From Candidatus Krumholzibacteriia bacterium (GTDB lineage: Bacteria; Krumholzibacteriota; Krumholzibacteriia; WVZY01), in NCBI GenBank assembly GCA_046754105.1, contig JBHHVD010000023.1:1-39019 (forward strand): DNA of 39,019 bases. The letters run 5' to 3'. This document shows, in pieces, positions 1-9,007 of the stretch. Under the pieces are notes generated by a model. That model was not told the origin of the DNA. It did no database searches and was given only the letters and a program-made list of their open reading frames with translations. The stretch's first letter is position 1, and every line of letters starts with the position of its first letter. The translations under genes and the position numbers were made by a program.

Positions 1-1598
1 AGGGACTGCAGCGGCCCGCTCACGTACTGCCGCCAGCTGCCCGACACGTAGTAGCGACGGTTGAGACTTCGGCTGCCGCCGAGTTCGAAATAGTAGCTGT
101 TGTTGCTGATGGCACCGGTCTTGTACAGGTTGCCGCCGACGCTGAAGTTGGCCCGTGTGCGTTTGATGGGCATGCGGTATGTGATCGTGGGACGATAGCT
201 CGTGGTGAACCCCGTTTCCGACCGGGATATCCTCGTCGACAGGTTGTGCCCGCGCCAATAGACGTTACGGACGTTCATGAAGAGTGATGTGAAGCGGATG
301 TCCTGGCTGTCCTCGTCGCCGTAGCGTATACCGCCGGTGCCGCGCAGGCTGATCCCCCTTGGGAGCCGCAGAGAAAACCCGCCGTCGAGGCCCTTGCGCA
401 GGCGGCTGTCGAAGAGACTGTCCGGGGTATTCAAGTTGAAGTAGTTACGAACGTTGCGACGGGCGTCGAATGAAAAATCGAACGTGGCGAAGTTGGATAC
501 AAAGAAATTGGACGTAAAATAGAAATTCGAAAACGACACCCGGCTCCCGGTGATGTCCCTTCGCCATTGGCGGTTGACGTCGATTTCGACGCTCTGGTAG
601 GCCGACAGGCGCTGGGCCACCGTGTAGGAATTCTGCACGTAAAAGAACTCCCGGTTGACGGCACCCGCCGCGTAACTCGCCGACAGTGCGAGCGTCGTGG
701 AAAAACGCCTTCGCGCATCGAGCTCCTTCTCAAACGTGACGAACCCGCCGATCTTTTTGCGGTCGGCGCGATAGGCGGATGATTCCTCGTCCGGCTCGGT
801 ACCCACCGCAGCGCCTACCCGATAGCGCGGGCTGACCTTCACGGAGAAATACCCGCCGTCGATGTAACCGATCCCCCGGATATACGGAGAGATGACGCGG
901 CCGACGCCGAACTCGACCGGTGAACCCTGCTTGCCGAAAACCAGCGCTGCTTCCGCCAGGCGGTGCGACCAGCCGTCGTCGGAAAACGGCGAGTCGATCG
1001 CCGGAGCCCGAAAGCTGTAGAGCGAACGATGACGGATACGCAGGGTAACGTCCTTGCCCGCAAGCTTGTCGACGGTGATCTTGCCGTTCACATTCGGCTG
1101 CAGCCACGTGAACTTCGAACCCGTCAGGCTCTGTTGCCACTGGTTTTGAAACGACAGGTAGCCGTGTACGCGGTTTCTATCGCGCCGGCGCGCGTTGCGT
1201 CGGACGACCCGGCTCGGCCGGCGCCGGCTGCTTCCCTTCTTTACCGTGGACTTCTTGCCGCGGGTCGACGACCGCTTTTTCGCTGTCCGTTTTCGCGGTT
1301 TGTATGTCAGGTTGTCGCCGATTTTTATCCTGGCGGAGGCATCGAGGGGTTTGCACGCCGCCGAGTGGCTGGAAATACTGGTTACGACCAGCCGCGTTAT
1401 AACCCGCTTGCCGCGCACGACCTTCAGCGTATCTCCGATGGCGATGCCCGCCTTCTTGCCGGCGTTCACATACACCGCCTCGACCGATATGTAGGTGACC
1501 CGCGCGGGCTCGGACGCTTGCACGGCGCCGCGCGCTTCGGGTGCCGTCGCGGCGAGCCCGATCAGACCTGCAATGTACAAGAGTCGTTTCAACGTCAT
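1..1598 (-). CDS. Outer-membrane beta-barrel (porin of a porin-cytochrome complex), 3' end outside window
   Basis: Not in the ORF track because it has no stop in the window. Manual translation from ATG 1598 (SD-like AAGGGGG) is open to the window edge: MTLKRLLYIAGLIGLAATA... signal peptide, small beta domain (VTYISVEAVYVNAGKKAGIAIGDTLKV), basic linker, then amphipathic aromatic beta-strands (VEFGVGRV, YIDGGYFSVKV, FFYVQNSYTV, FDFSFDAR, YYFELGGSRSL, YYVSGSWRQY). Lies directly downstream of two multiheme cytochromes. Confidence 0.8.
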   Translation of the reverse strand, partial: MTLKRLLYIAGLIGLAATAPEARGAVQASEPARVTYISVEAVYVNAGKKAGIAIGDTLKVVRGKRVITRLVVTSISSHSAACKPLDASARIKIGDNLTYKPRKRTAKKRSSTRGKKSTVKKGSSRRRPSRVVRRNARRRDRNRVHGYLSFQNQWQQSLTGSKFTWLQPNVNGKITVDKLAGKDVTLRIRHRSLYSFRAPAIDSPFSDDGWSHRLAEAALVFGKQGSPVEFGVGRVISPYIRGIGYIDGGYFSVKVSPRYRVGAAVGTEPDEESSAYRADRKKIGGFVTFEKELDARRRFSTTLALSASYAAGAVNREFFYVQNSYTVAQRLSAYQSVEIDVNRQWRRDITGSRVSFSNFYFTSNFFVSNFATFDFSFDARRNVRNYFNLNTPDSLFDSRLRKGLDGGFSLRLPRGISLRGTGGIRYGDEDSQDIRFTSLFMNVRNVYWRGHNLSTRISRSETGFTTSYRPTITYRMPIKRTRANFSVGGNLYKTGAISNNSYYFELGGSRSLNRRYYVSGSWRQYVSGPLQS

Positions 1599-1607
1599 CC
1601 CCCTTGC

Positions 1608-3113
1608 CTAGCCTTTGCCGTTTGGATGGCAGTTGTAGCACGCGTTGCTGTTGTACGAATACCCGTTTTTTCCACGGTGCACGTCGTCCATCTTGGTCTG
1701 GTTGTGCGCGTGGCAGTTGAAGCACGTGAAGTTCTTGCGGTTGGCTGCATCGGGGTGACACGTGGTGCAGCTGCCGAACTTGGCGTGCGGGCCACCCGAG
1801 AATATGGGGAAGAACGCCGCGTCGTGTTCGAGAAACTGCCCCCTCTCGCCGGTCGGATGGCAGCCGTAGCAGGAAGTACTCGAGTAGGCGTACCCGGTGA
1901 TGCCCTGGTGCGAGGGGTCCATCGCCGTCTGGTTGTGCGCGTGGCACTTGAGGCACGAGAAGATCTTCCTGTTGGTCGCGTTCGTATGACACGTCTCACA
2001 ACCCGTCCACCTGCCGTTGTGAGTACCGGAGAATATTGGGAAAAACTGTGGATCGTGTTCGAGAAACCGGCCCGCTTCGCCGGTGGGATGACACCCGTAA
2101 CACGCGCTGCTCGCATAGGAATATCCCGCGATCCCCTGGTGGCTCGGATCCATCAGTGTTTGCACGTGGGCGTGACACTTCAGGCACGCGTACACCTTGC
2201 GGTTGGCGGGATCGGTGTGGCAAACCGCGCAGCTGTCCCACTTGCCGTTGTGCGCGCGCGAGAATATCGGAAAGAACTGGGCGTCGTGCTCGAGGAACCT
2301 TGCGGCTTCGCCCGTGGGGTGGCAGTTGTAGCAAGCGCCGCTCGAATAGGAATAGCCCCCAATCCCCTGGTGACGGGGGTCCATCAGCGCCTGGCCGTGC
2401 GCGTGGCATCCGAGGCAGTTGAAAACCTTCTGGTTGCCCGGGTCCGTATGACAGATAACACAATCGTCCCACTTGCCTCTGTGCAGGCCCGAGAAAATCG
2501 GAAATACGGCGTCGTGATCGGGCATGCGGGCCGGTTGCCAGCCGGTCGCCTCGTGGCACTCCCGGCAGTCGGTCGGGAAACCGCTCGCCACGTGGCTGGG
2601 CCGCGTCACCTCCAGGTAGTCCTGCTGATGGCATTTTACGCAGTCCGACGGTGTGCGGCCGAAATCGGCGGCCTGATGACCGGGGTGACACGTATCGCAG
2701 TCCAACAGCACGTGGCGCCCCACCAGTGGAAAATCGGTACGGGCGTGGATCTCCTCGCCGTCGAGCTTGTCGAACCCGGCCGGATCGTGGCACTTCGAGC
2801 AGTCACCACCCAGTTTGCCCAGATGGGGGTCCTCGTGGCACGAAGAGCAGGACTTCTCGACCTTGGAAAAATCCGTGACCGCGTGGCACTTCAGACAGCT
2901 GATTCTCTCGTGCTGGCCCTCGAGCAAAAACGTCGTCTTGTTGTGGTTGAACTGGATATCGTTGAACGACGTCGCAACGTGACATTCCTGGCAATCCCGC
3001 TTGAGCTTCTTGTGAGGACTCTTGACGGCGCGCGGCTTTCGGGCGCCCGTCAGAAGTCCCAGGCAGAGTATGCCCGGCACGAGAGCTAGCACGATGAGAT
3101 AGACCCTTTTCAT
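1608..3113 (-). CDS. Multiheme cytochrome c, 19 CxxCH motifs
   Basis: 19 CxxCH motifs counted, from CQECH to CYNCH. N-terminal hydrophobic signal. The C-terminal 12 hemes lie in four 77-aa triheme repeats. Confidence 0.95.
   Translation of the reverse strand: MKRVYLIVLALVPGILCLGLLTGARKPRAVKSPHKKLKRDCQECHVATSFNDIQFNHNKTTFLLEGQHERISCLKCHAVTDFSKVEKSCSSCHEDPHLGKLGGDCSKCHDPAGFDKLDGEEIHARTDFPLVGRHVLLDCDTCHPGHQAADFGRTPSDCVKCHQQDYLEVTRPSHVASGFPTDCRECHEATGWQPARMPDHDAVFPIFSGLHRGKWDDCVICHTDPGNQKVFNCLGCHAHGQALMDPRHQGIGGYSYSSGACYNCHPTGEAARFLEHDAQFFPIFSRAHNGKWDSCAVCHTDPANRKVYACLKCHAHVQTLMDPSHQGIAGYSYASSACYGCHPTGEAGRFLEHDPQFFPIFSGTHNGRWTGCETCHTNATNRKIFSCLKCHAHNQTAMDPSHQGITGYAYSSTSCYGCHPTGERGQFLEHDAAFFPIFSGGPHAKFGSCTTCHPDAANRKNFTCFNCHAHNQTKMDDVHRGKNGYSYNSNACYNCHPNGKG
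1611..2525 (-). repeat. Four tandem ~231-bp intragenic triheme repeats
   Basis: Unit HDxxFFPIFSGxHxGKWxxCxxCH-x10-CxxCHAHxQxxMDPxHxGxxGYSYxSxACYxCHPTG occurs 4 times with a 77-aa period. Boundaries are approximate. Confidence 0.9.
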
Positions 3114-3132
3114 AGTCGAACTGTCCCTTCGG

Positions 3133-4641
3133 TTACTGGAGCTTCAATCCCTCGACCCTGTGGCACGTCTTGCAAGAGTGATTGATCGGCCGGTATCTCA
3201 CGACGAGTCCCCGCTTCACGCGTACTTTCTTGTGACAACCGCTACAGGATACGTTGACGTGTTTGCCTTCCAGCTTGAATTTCGAATTTCGGTTATGTTC
3301 GAACACGATTCGGTTCCACTCCGTCGATACATGGCAGGAATTGCACCCCTTCCTGGGGCCATTCCGCAAGAACTGCCCCGCGTGCACGTCGTCGTGGCAG
3401 GCCCGGCACTGCCTGCTCTTCATGATGTAGCGCCGGAACGGTTTGCCCTGCTTGTCGAGCTCTTCCTTGTGACAGGCGATACAGGGCTGCGCTCTATGGG
3501 CGCCAGCCAGCCGAAACCGGCCCTGGTTATGCTTTTCCACCGTGAACGTTGCCGGCTTGAAACCGTGCACGTTGTGGCAGTTCTCGCATTTCCCCTTGTG
3601 GCTGCGCTTCGCGAACTGGCCGCGATGCGCGTCCCGGTGGCAGTCCGCGCAGCTTGCGAACCTGCGCTGCCTCAACTTGGATCCTTCGGCGTGACACTTG
3701 TCACATTTCACCTTCTTATGGAGCCCGCGCAGCGGGAAACGGGTCACGGTATGGTCAAACCTGGACTCGGCCACCTTGTGCCAGTTGCCCGTCGTATGAC
3801 ACGTCTTGCAACTCCCCTTGAACCTTCCTTTGTGGACATCCTTGTGACACGACGCGCAATCGTCATACTTCAACCCTACGTAGCGGTTAAACCACAGGTC
3901 GTCCGGTTTCGTTGGTGACCGCCGCTTGATCGCCACGTGGCACTTTCGGCATTCAACATTCTTGTGTTTGCCGGTGAGGCGATATTTCGCCTTATCGTGA
4001 TCAAAACGCGGCGCGGGCTTCCATGCCGCGTAATCATGGCACCCGACGCACTCCTCCGCCAGTTGCTTCCGGTGCTCGTCGTAATGGCAGCTGAGACACG
4101 CCTGTCGCAGGCCAAGATAGGTGCCTTCGATATCAATCTTTTCCTGAAGCGCGCGCGGATCGTCGACAATGAAGTCGAGCCTGTGACAATCGCGGCACTT
4201 GGCACTCAGGTGCTTGCCCTCAAGCGGCAGGCCCGTTTTCGCGTGATTGAAATTCTCCTCCCCTTCGGGCCAGTGGATCATCTTGAAACTCCGCCCGGCG
4301 TGTTCGCCGTGGCACTCGACACAGCCATTGCGTTCCGTCGTGACCACCCGGTGGTGGAATCCGCGCTTCGCATCCATCCCCAGCTTTATTTCCTTGTGAC
4401 ACGCCAGGCACTTGTCGGCACTCGGCCCCTTGCCGAGCTTGTGACATTTCAGGCAGTTCTTGAGCCCTTCCAGTTCCTTGTGCGATTCCGCAAGCTCGCC
4501 TGGAGACAGCTGAGCCCTGGCTGACGGCGCCAGGACGACGGCTACGACGCAACACGCCCAGCACGTGACCACCGCCGCTTTCAGCCGGATGCGGCGTGGG
4601 CGAAAGCATCCGTCCTCTATATGCCGGTGCCGTGATCGCAT
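3133..4641 (-). CDS. Periplasmic multiheme cytochrome c, 17 CxxCH motifs
   Basis: 17 CxxCH motifs counted, from CLKCH to CKTCH. Sec signal ends ARA-Q followed by SPGELAESH. Recurring FxHxxxxFxLxGxH distal-His units. Lys/Arg-rich. Confidence 0.95.
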   Translation of the reverse strand: MRSRHRHIEDGCFRPRRIRLKAAVVTCWACCVVAVVLAPSARAQLSPGELAESHKELEGLKNCLKCHKLGKGPSADKCLACHKEIKLGMDAKRGFHHRVVTTERNGCVECHGEHAGRSFKMIHWPEGEENFNHAKTGLPLEGKHLSAKCRDCHRLDFIVDDPRALQEKIDIEGTYLGLRQACLSCHYDEHRKQLAEECVGCHDYAAWKPAPRFDHDKAKYRLTGKHKNVECRKCHVAIKRRSPTKPDDLWFNRYVGLKYDDCASCHKDVHKGRFKGSCKTCHTTGNWHKVAESRFDHTVTRFPLRGLHKKVKCDKCHAEGSKLRQRRFASCADCHRDAHRGQFAKRSHKGKCENCHNVHGFKPATFTVEKHNQGRFRLAGAHRAQPCIACHKEELDKQGKPFRRYIMKSRQCRACHDDVHAGQFLRNGPRKGCNSCHVSTEWNRIVFEHNRNSKFKLEGKHVNVSCSGCHKKVRVKRGLVVRYRPINHSCKTCHRVEGLKLQ

Positions 4642-4676
4642 CTCTCGATCGATACACTTCTACTCTTTCCACCCAC

Positions 4677-5549
4677 TCAGAATATCCACGTATAGCCAAG
4701 CGATACCGCGACCACGATATGAGCGATCATGATTATGACCATGACATACGCGAAAGGCTTATGAATGACGTGCCAGTAGTGAAGCGCACGATTCATCGAA
4801 TTCAAAAAAGCGATGCGGCGGTGGAGCACCGACTTCTCCTTGGCCAGCGCAACGACCTCATCGAGCAACTCGTCGGGTATCTCCCTGCGGCGCAGCCGAA
4901 TGTAGCGACGCAGCCGCCGCGCGCGGAAAGGCAGCCCCAGGTCGTGGAAAATCGCGCGAATTATCACCCTCTTGGCGGAGCTATACTCGTCGGCCGCGTC
5001 GAGGTTGGAAAGCGCCGATACACGATCGAGAATGTCGGGCGGCATTTGCAATTCGCTTTCCAGCTTTTGTCCGATCACCGTCTCGGCCTCCCCGATATCC
5101 TCAATCGCCAAAACGTGTCCGCGCGTATCGCGGGGAATCTGCATATAGATGTATCGTCCAAAAACGCCGCTCAGAACCACCGCGACCATCGAAAAATAGC
5201 TGATCGACACGAACCCGTGGAACTTCATCGCCGTGTGCAGGGTGATGAGCAACGGCCCCACGATGCCAAAGAATATGTGAACGCTCAACCAGCGCGGCAG
5301 CGTCCCCCACCTGAGACCCATCACGTGCCGCTTGCGGGCGGAGTAGAGAAACAACGCCAGGACCATGGCGCTGCCGATTATGCCGACGCCGTGCCCCCAC
5401 GACCCGCTGGGTTTCAGCAGCTGGTGGAGACTCGCGTGCGGCCTTTCCGTAATCGGCGTCGAGTAGTACGGCGCCCCTATCAAGAACATGACCACGATGA
5501 ACGTTATAGCCACCGTGTACAGCGTATGAATGAGCTTCGTAAACGCCAT
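4677..5549 (-). CDS. Inner-membrane cytochrome b / ferric-reductase-like protein
   Basis: About 5-6 hydrophobic helices with His residues in or near them (WGHGVG, WLSVHIFFG, ITLHTA, HYWHVIHKP, IAHIVV) and a central soluble loop. One nucleotide separates its start from the upstream stop codon. Confidence 0.8.
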   Translation of the reverse strand: MAFTKLIHTLYTVAITFIVVMFLIGAPYYSTPITERPHASLHQLLKPSGSWGHGVGIIGSAMVLALFLYSARKRHVMGLRWGTLPRWLSVHIFFGIVGPLLITLHTAMKFHGFVSISYFSMVAVVLSGVFGRYIYMQIPRDTRGHVLAIEDIGEAETVIGQKLESELQMPPDILDRVSALSNLDAADEYSSAKRVIIRAIFHDLGLPFRARRLRRYIRLRRREIPDELLDEVVALAKEKSVLHRRIAFLNSMNRALHYWHVIHKPFAYVMVIIMIAHIVVAVSLGYTWIF

Positions 5550-5550
5550 A

Positions 5551-6855
5551 TCAACGTTCGCCGAATTTCATTCGGATGCTTATGCCCATGGACTTCAGAA
5601 ACTTGCTTGGAAGCTCGCCGCCGATAAACACGAGCACGTACTCGTTCGGAATCTCGAGTTCGTTCCCATCGTGGCTCAGCGCCACGACATCAGGCGCGAT
5701 GTTTTTCACGACCGAGCTCAACAGGACCTTCAGTTTGTCCGATTCCATCGCGCGTTTGATCAGCTCTTCGTTCTTCTCCTTGATCCGCGCAAAAACGCCC
5801 TTGCGATAGCTCAACGTAACGTCCGTCCCCTTTTCCTCCGCAAGGGTGAGCGCCGCTTCTACCGCGCTGTCCCCTCCTCCGACGACCAGCACTTTCTTGT
5901 CCCGGTACTGCTCCTGCTCGATCAGGGAATACGTGACCTTGGACGAGTCTTCGCCGGGCACACCGAGCTTGCGCGGCGTTCCCCTGCGGCCGTTGCTCAG
6001 GAGAACCTTTCTGGCGAGGTACTCGCCCTTGGCGGATACAACCTTGTGGTAACCGTTCTCCCGTTCGACCGATGCCACCTGCTCGTGTGTGTTGATGTGG
6101 ATACCGGTCTTGGTTATTACCTCGTGCCACAGATCAAGCAGCTCCTCTTTCTTGATTTCCCTGAAATTGCATTTTCCATAGAGCGGCAGCTCCATCGGCT
6201 GGGTCATGACCACCTTTTGCCGCGGGTACGTCAGCACCGTGCCGCCGATATCGTTCTGGTCCAGCGTGATCGAGCGCAGCCCCAGCTTTTTCGCCTGCAA
6301 CGTGGCGGAAAGCCCCGCCGGCCCGGCGCCCACGATGGCGACATCGTACACGGACGGGTCGCGGTCGGTCAACGAACCAGCCAGTTGTTCGATCGCCTGC
6401 CGGCCCTGGGTGACGGCGTTGCGGATCAGCCCCATACCGCCCAGCTCGCCGGCGATGTAGATGCCCGCGACGTCCGTCTCGAACGTCTCCTTGACCTCCG
6501 GCAGCTCGACGCCGCGTCTCGCGGTACCAAAGACGAGCACCAGGGCGTCGACGGGACAGGCGGCCGCACACGCGCCGTGCCCGATGCACCGCGTCGGCTT
6601 GATGAGCTCGGCGCGGCCGTTCACCACACCGATGATGTCGCCCTCCGGACAGGCTTCCGCACACGCGCCGATACCGATACAACGGTTGGGCACGAGCTGC
6701 GGGTGGAGCGACACGGGCTCCAGCAGCCCGGTGGCGGCGGCTTTTTGCAACGTCTTGCTGGCTCGTTTGCCGCGGTTCCGCTGGCGGAGCCAGTAGCCCC
6801 CGGAGACGAAAATAGCTATTAGAGCTAAGGTTACATTCAGTAGCTGTGCAGTCAT
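5551..6855 (-). CDS. Membrane-anchored ferredoxin + FAD/NAD(P)H oxidoreductase (thioredoxin-reductase-like fold)
   Basis: Start chosen at ATG 6855 (GAGGA upstream). N-terminal TM helix, two ferredoxin-like motifs (CIGIGACAEACP, CIGHGACAAACP), a GIYIAGEL segment, FAD motif VGAGPAG and NAD(P)H motif VVGGGDSA followed by SYRK. Confidence 0.88.
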   Translation of the reverse strand: MTAQLLNVTLALIAIFVSGGYWLRQRNRGKRASKTLQKAAATGLLEPVSLHPQLVPNRCIGIGACAEACPEGDIIGVVNGRAELIKPTRCIGHGACAAACPVDALVLVFGTARRGVELPEVKETFETDVAGIYIAGELGGMGLIRNAVTQGRQAIEQLAGSLTDRDPSVYDVAIVGAGPAGLSATLQAKKLGLRSITLDQNDIGGTVLTYPRQKVVMTQPMELPLYGKCNFREIKKEELLDLWHEVITKTGIHINTHEQVASVERENGYHKVVSAKGEYLARKVLLSNGRRGTPRKLGVPGEDSSKVTYSLIEQEQYRDKKVLVVGGGDSAVEAALTLAEEKGTDVTLSYRKGVFARIKEKNEELIKRAMESDKLKVLLSSVVKNIAPDVVALSHDGNELEIPNEYVLVFIGGELPSKFLKSMGISIRMKFGER

Positions 6856-7046
6856 TGGCTGTTTGTCCTCTTGAAGATCGCCAATCAGGCGCAAGGCACG
6901 GGCCAAACCGGCCCCACCATGGCCCGCAGCGGGTAACTTGCCGCAGTGCCCGTCGGAGGAAGCGCGCGTGGCTCGCGCATGGGCACGAAACGGTCCGGGT
7001 ACAAGTTGGGAAGATCGTCAATCCCGATTCTTTAGGCCAGCCAAAT

Positions 7047-7066
7047 TAATTGACAAATGTCAATTA
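7047..7066. promoter_or_regulatory. FNR/CRP-family-like operator upstream of the cytochrome operon
   Basis: Perfect palindrome TAATTGACA-AA-TGTCAATTA with core TTGAC-N4-GTCAA (FNR consensus TTGAT-N4-ATCAA), in an AT-rich island about 190 bp upstream of 6855. Confidence 0.6.
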
Positions 7067-7166
7067 TGCACACCCCCCAAACAACTTCATTAATCATCAC
7101 AGGTTATGAGTCTGCTTCGGCGAAGAGTTTTCTTGGCGAGGGGCTTCCGCGGCCGTTCCCTGAGCG

Positions 7167-8333
7167 CTATGCCACCCCGGCCGGCTCGACCTCGCGCGCG
7201 GCTGCCGGCGCGCCAGCCGCGGCACGGCGGGGCTTGTACAACGACATGTCGCCGCTACCGTGAATGAGGAAGAACGGGGCAAGGCGGAGGCTCTTGCCGT
7301 TCGTAACGGCGATGGCGAGATCGAGCAGGCGGGCGAGTACCCGCTTGACCAACCCGTTCGGTCTCCCGTAAAACCCGCTGAGAATGTCGACGCGAAATCC
7401 CGCCCGGGCGAACCCGTGCCCTATTTCACGGGGGTCCAGAAGGCGATCGGCCCAGTTGCCGGTGTACGGGTCGCAGGTATTCGTGGGATGGTCGATCGGC
7501 GGCGGCAACTCGCCGGTCTCGATATACCTGGCGACGGAGGCCCGGATGTCGGCATCGATCATGCCACGCGTGCGTCGGGCGAGTGCCGCTGTCTCGGTTT
7601 CGGACAACACACCGCCACCGCACTCGCGGGCGATGTCTTCCCGGATACGGAGATACGATCGCAGGTTGTCCCTCTTTTTGTGGCCGTGCGCATACGCGCG
7701 ATCCTCGCGTTCGACCTGTACCTGCTTTCGCGTCAGCAGCCGCCGGACGACCGGATTGCGCGGGTTGGCGTGGCTCGACATGGCAATGCTGAGGTGTCCG
7801 TGCGAAAGATCTCGAATGTTCCGGAAGAAGGCTCCCATATCGTAGATGTGCTCGATCACGTCGCTCGACACCATGACATCGCAAGACAACGACTGGCTCT
7901 CCAGGAGTCGGGTCATGGTCCGTACGTCCCCGCAGACGTAGTAGTCCGCGGCCGTGCCGGTGAGCACACCGACGGTCTCGGCGTCGACACACGAGACGTC
8001 GTAGATGTCGTTGTAGATAACGGTACCCACTCCGCTCTCCCTGGCCAGCATGGAAAGGATGCCGGCACCTCCGCCATAGTCGAGCAGGACCGTATCGGCC
8101 AGGGGTTTGTCGGCGCCCGCGAGCGCCCACGACAGGATGTAGGCGAACTTTTGCAGGTTCGAATGCAGCTTTTCCTGATAGCGCCTCAGGTAGTGCTTGT
8201 TATAGTCGGAAATGTCCAGCCGTTCGGCGGCAAGCGCCGCGAGCTTGTCGTGCAATCGGCTCCCTGCCGCGGCGACGGCCGCCACCAGTTCGCGATCGTC
8301 GGGAAACCTGGCGTAGTGGTACATCAACCCCAT
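7167..8333 (-). CDS. Class I SAM-dependent methyltransferase
   Basis: Motif I VLLDYGGGAGILS, acidic residue after strand 2 (IYNDIYD), DVMVSSDVIEHI. Start placed at ATG 8333 after AAGGAA. Confidence 0.75.
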   Translation of the reverse strand: MGLMYHYARFPDDRELVAAVAAAGSRLHDKLAALAAERLDISDYNKHYLRRYQEKLHSNLQKFAYILSWALAGADKPLADTVLLDYGGGAGILSMLARESGVGTVIYNDIYDVSCVDAETVGVLTGTAADYYVCGDVRTMTRLLESQSLSCDVMVSSDVIEHIYDMGAFFRNIRDLSHGHLSIAMSSHANPRNPVVRRLLTRKQVQVEREDRAYAHGHKKRDNLRSYLRIREDIARECGGGVLSETETAALARRTRGMIDADIRASVARYIETGELPPPIDHPTNTCDPYTGNWADRLLDPREIGHGFARAGFRVDILSGFYGRPNGLVKRVLARLLDLAIAVTNGKSLRLAPFFLIHGSGDMSLYKPRRAAAGAPAAAREVEPAGVA

Positions 8334-8459
8334 TGGCACGTTCCTTGTGGAGGAAAAGCCTCGAAACGAGCAGGTTCCATGCCAGACGGCACGGCGCTTC
8401 AGCGGCGGCGCGTCGCTGGAGTGATGGGGCAAGAAATCACACGGCAACCGTTGCCGTTA

Positions 8460-8860
8460 CCGGGGCGGCGCGGGGTTTTTGGGGCAAGGAACGGATGCCT
8501 TCACGGCAACTTCCCGCGCGGGCGACAAGGACCTTGCCGGCGCACGACCGGTAGGACCTCGCGGAGGCGGCACGACCACGAGCAGCTGCCGGTCCATGAC
8601 GGTAACCGCGCGCGATGACCAGGGCCACCGGCGCGTAGATCGGCAGCACGTAAAGACAGCGTGAACGGCGCGTGCCACTCGGGGTGACGATGGAAGCGGC
8701 CGGTCAAGTTGCGGCCGATGATCTCATCCTTGATGAAATAGGAGAACAGCTCCGGGTGCCGCGAGACCACCAGCGCGTACCACCAGAAACCGGAGAGCAC
8801 GAACAGGCCCAGTCCCACCGGGTCCGCCATACGAAACGGCCGCCCGCCGGCAGCGATGTC
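8460..8860 (-). pseudogene. Remnant of an ArnT/GT-C type glycosyltransferase
   Basis: Two short frames carry ArnT-like segments, GLGLFVLSGFWWYALVVSRHPELFSYFIKDEIIGRNLTGRFHRHPEWHAPF and LYVLPIYAPVALVIARG, joined by a frameshift/deletion near 8660. Far too short for a full enzyme. Boundaries are approximate. Confidence 0.55.
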
Positions 8861-9007
8861 GAACGTTAGTCGCGTAACTCCATTCCCGGGAGTCGATCAA
8901 GCGGTTGCCCGGACCGGTAGCCGTGGCGGGGCGAACTAACAGCGGCTCGCTACCGTCATCATCGGGGGGAAAGACGTTAGATGCCGCCGGTTCCTGAGGA
9001 CCGGTGA

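Noticed and set aside
431..1140. ORF-track calls 431-733 and 730-1140 as separate genes or a frameshifted gene
   Set aside because: Wrong frames. A single open frame from 1598 to the window edge covers the region.
1611..2525. Periodic DNA repeats as a CRISPR array
   Set aside because: The period is 231 bp, in frame and degenerate at synonymous sites, so these are protein repeats. There is no repeat-spacer structure and no cas gene.
963..3089. 708-aa plus-strand ORF and other long antisense ORFs (e.g. 5530-6822, 7260-8618, 9011-11668, 28919-30775)
   Set aside because: Shadow frames opposite well-supported genes, expected in high-GC DNA, with no recognisable motifs.
4545..4600. CWACC as an extra heme site and PRRIRL as a Tat signal in the 17-heme protein
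   Set aside because: Both lie in the predicted signal peptide. No His follows the CxxC, the Tat consensus is poor, and c-type cytochromes are Sec substrates.
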